From Eledone cirrhosa (lineage: Eukaryota), in the NCBI GenBank assembly GCA_964016885.1, contig OZ024741.1:272800001-272864000 (forward strand): a stretch of 64,000 nucleotides of DNA. Reading direction: 5' to 3'. A program made the position numbers and the translations under genes. Positions 60,972-64,000 of the stretch are shown here, piece after piece. The notes beneath the pieces are model-generated. The model worked only from the letters and a program-made list of their open reading frames with translations. It did not search any database and had not been told where the DNA came from. Every line of letters begins with the position of its first letter. Position 1 is the stretch's first letter.

Positions 60972-61480
60972 CCAAGCGAATACCCTCCATCAGGCATCTA
61001 CCATACTCTGAACGCCTTGCTCCCCTGGGCATGGATATATTGAAGCTCCAACATCTGGCAACTGACTTGGTAAACACCCAGAAAATTATTAACCATCTTG
61101 CCAACAACAACCCTGAGTACCTTTTTGATTTCCATGTGTCTAACACACGTGGGCATGCCCACAAAGTCAGAAAACAGCACAGTTCCCATGCCTTTTGGAA
61201 ACATCTTTTCACGCTCAGAGTTGCTGAAGCATGGAACAAACTACCTGCATCAGTTGTTAGCTGTCAAGACACTGCATCCTTTAAAACCTCCATGCTTCCT
61301 GAGATTTGCCAATGCTACACCTAATGTTCCCCCTCCATACACATACACACGTGTATATCATGACTCATACACTATTCACTTCCCTGACATTTGTATATTA
61401 TTCTATGTACTATACATGCACCTTTGACGAGTTGTAGTGCACCTGAGCACTTTACACAATAATTTCATTATTATTATTTC
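60972..61480 (+). mobile_element. CR1-like LINE 3' end
   Basis: LPYSERLAPLG..SNTRGHAHKV..FTLRVAEAWNKLPASVV; (ATT)n tail. Confidence 0.82.
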
Positions 61481-61486
61481 ATTATT

Positions 61487-61672
61487 ATTGGCAGTATCGG
61501 TAGAGGATCAGACGCCATGCTTTCCAGCATAGTTACATCCCTTTACAATCTCAGTTCAAATCCCACCGAGGTAGACTTTGCTTTTCATCCTTACGGGGTC
61601 GATAAAATAAAGTACCAGTAATGCACTGGGTAATTGCTGGCCTTGTGCAAAAAGTAGAAACAATTATTATTA
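61487..61672 (+). mobile_element. SINE family B copy
   Basis: Matches 8076-8257. Confidence 0.8.
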
Positions 61673-62580
61673 TAATTATGTGAGGTAAAGCCTTTACCGC
61701 AAAAATACAATAGTAAATATAGAATAATGTAAATGATATGTGAGATATTATGTGAGATAATTATGTGAGGTAAAGCCTTTACTGCAAAAATACAATAGTA
61801 AATATAGAGTAATGTAAATGATATGTGAGATATTATGTGAGATAATTATGTGAGGTAAAGCCTTTACTGCAAAAATACAATAGTAAATATAGAGTAATGT
61901 AAATGATATGTGAGATATTATGTGAGATAATTATGTGAGGTAAAGCCTTTACTGCAAAAATACAATAGTAAATATAGAATAATGTAAATGATATGTGAGA
62001 TATTATGTGAGATAATTATGTGAGGTAAAGCCTTTACTGCAAAAATACAATAGTAAATATAGAGTAATGTAAATGCTATGTGAGATATTATGTGAGATAA
62101 TTATGTGAGGTAAAGCCTTTACTGCACAAATACAATAGTAAATATAGAATGTAAATGATATGTGAGATATTATGTGAGATAATTATGTGAGGTAAAGCCT
62201 TTACTGCAAAAATACAATAGTAAATATAGAATAATGTAAATGCTATGTGAGATATTATGTGAGATAATTATGTGAGGTAAAGCCTTTACTGCAAAAATAC
62301 AATAGTAAATATAGAGTAATGTAAATGATATGTGAGATATTATGTGAGATAATTATGTGAGGTAAAGCCTTTACTGCAAAAATACAATAGTAAATATAGA
62401 ATAATGTAAATGATATGTGAGATATTATGTGAGATAATTATGTGAGGTAAAGCCTTTACTGCAAAAATACAATAGTAAATATAGAGTAATGTAAATGATA
62501 TGTGAGATATTATGTGAGATAATTATGTGAGGTAAAGCCTTTACTGCAAAAATACAATAGTAAATATAGAGTAATGTAAA
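61673..62580 (+). repeat. 85-bp tandem repeat (~10.7 copies)
   Basis: GAGGTAAAGCC at 61767, 61852 and 61937 (period 85). Confidence 0.95.
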
Positions 62581-62729
62581 TGCTAAAGGGTTAAGTGCAA
62601 GTGTGTCATCATAAAAACCTGAACTGTCTTTGATAGTATGTGGCCCACATCTAAATTTGGAATGTTAATGTGGTCCTTTCATGCTAAAAGAGGAGGAGGA
62701 GGCTTATCATAGATTAATATTCAAACTAA

Positions 62730-62762
<33 letters not shown>

Positions 62763-63082
62763 GAAGAAGAAGAAGAAGAAGAAGGAGGAGGGGGGGGGGG
62801 GAGAAGAACAACAACACCATGATGAGAATGGAGTAAATCTGGCTTGAGTGTTTTCACAAGATTGATGAGTGATCAAGAGATTTAGTTTCCTAAAGTTAGT
62901 GTTGCAGATGGTTAGGTCATTTACATCACGCTACTCTAGTAGTTGTGATCCCTTTTATTTCTCAAGTCATCCCCATAGCCTCCATATACTCCAGAGTAGC
63001 CTTCCTGGTGCTGTCCAGCATGTCCATTAACCCTTTAGCATTTACATTACTCTGTATTTACTATTATATTTACTATTATAAG

Positions 63083-63292
63083 GGTGGTATCGGTAGAGGG
63101 TCGGACGCCATGCTTTGCAGCATAGAGTTACAGCCCTTTATAATCTGAGTTCAAATCCCGCTGAGGTTAACTTTGCCTTTCATCCTTATGGGGTCGATAA
63201 AATAAAGTACCAGTCACACACTGGGGTCAACTTAATCGACTTTCCCCTCCCCCAAAAAATTGCTGGCCTTGTGCCTATATAAGAAACCATTA
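63083..63292 (+). mobile_element. SINE family B copy
   Basis: Matches 46105-46330. Confidence 0.8.
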
Positions 63293-63372
63293 TATGCAGT
63301 CATAGTACTATTTTATACTTTTCAAGGTTAAAAGTCAAAGACTTGTTTATTTTTATTTTATTTCAATTTCAG

Positions 63373-63678
63373 GACGCGACAGTGTTCTTGCTATAGCTCA
63401 CAAGAAGAAAGGTCCAACAATACCTAATGAAGAGAAGATATCAAATATAATTGAAAGACTCCAGAAATCTCATATAGATATGGAACCGTCAGATGTGTCA
63501 AATATTGAAAAATATTTCTTGGAAACTGATCAGTATAATAGTCAGCTTTTACCTGAAAATTTGGTGAGAATTTTGAGCCTTGATGTGGCTGGTTTCTTAT
63601 CACAAATGGAACCTGCTGGCCTTGATCTGGCTGATGTCAAGCATCCAGATGGGATAACCTTCTATCTATTTCAGGGAG
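63373..63678 (+). CDS. Host gene coding exon 3 (alternative donor possible after 63563)
   Basis: TTTCAATTTCAG|GA in phase 1, reading GRDSVLAIAHKKKG..IERLQKS..IEKYFLETDQYNSQLL (EF-hand-like loop). Candidate donors are TTG|GTGAGA (63563) and GAG|GTAAAT (63678). Confidence 0.72.
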
Positions 63679-63739
63679 GTAAATCTCTAATCTGAATGCT
63701 GTGATATGTTCTCTGTCCCTATAAAGTGTTGCTTCTGTC

Positions 63740-64000
63740 ACAAACCCAGGTAGAGGCACCACAAACCCAGGTAGAGTTACCTGTAATGTGGTGGGGAGAC
63801 ACCACAAACCCAGGTAGAGTTACCTGTAATGTGGTGGGGAGACACCACAAACCCAGGTAGAGCTACTTGTAATGTGGTGGGGAGACACTACAAACCCAGG
63901 TAGAGTCACCTGTAATATGGAGGGGAGACACCACAAACCCAGGTAGAGCTACCTGCAATGTGGAGTTGAGCAGTCACAATCCCAGGTAGAGTTACCTGTA
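63740..64000 (+). repeat. 43-bp minisatellite CACCACAAACCCAGGTAGAGTTACCTGTAATGTGGTGGGGAGA
   Basis: Copies at 63801, 63844, 63887 and beyond. Confidence 0.9.

Larger units (their letters stand above)
60736..62590 (+). mobile_element. piggyBac-type MITE expanded by an internal 85-bp tandem array and nested CR1/SINE insertions
   Basis: TTAA|CCCTTTAGCATTTA ... TAAATGCTAAAGGG|TTAA. Confidence 0.88.

Noticed and set aside
54630-62700. Possible hAT/Charlie MITE split by ~8 kb of nested insertions (CAGGGATCCCCAA.. at 54630; TGTGGCCC..TGTGGTCC at ~62640)
   Set aside because: No right TIR or TSD is visible, so the two pieces cannot be linked.

Overview
Repeat-dense animal genomic DNA. The SINE/LINE inventory and microsatellite density suggest a cephalopod (octopus-like); this is inference. 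Most of the window is transposon or tandem repeat: a Penelope-like element (RT + GIY-YIG, inverted pseudo-LTRs), an internally deleted mariner, RTE, Tx1/L1, R4/Dong-like and CR1 LINE copies, two tRNA-derived SINE families, several MITEs, Helitron-like ends, a ~12.6-kb cryptic GT satellite and many minisatellites. Three spliced exons of a host gene (EF-hand-like, + strand) lie at 51.5, 54.3 and 63.4 kb. The most notable signal is in the first 7.5 kb, where three unrelated sequence families each carry a type I hammerhead ribozyme with an enlarged stem II. (1) A 591-bp head-to-tail array with a terminal inversion and a compensatory U3-A8 core. (2) The pseudo-LTRs of the Penelope element, with a CCGAAGA core. 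(3) A 515-bp terminally redundant unit at the 5' truncation/inversion junction of that element. Together these look like an autonomous Penelope-like element plus non-autonomous retrozyme-like circular-RNA passengers, all ending at (TA)n tracts. All pairings and coordinates were read by eye; no folding or database search was run.
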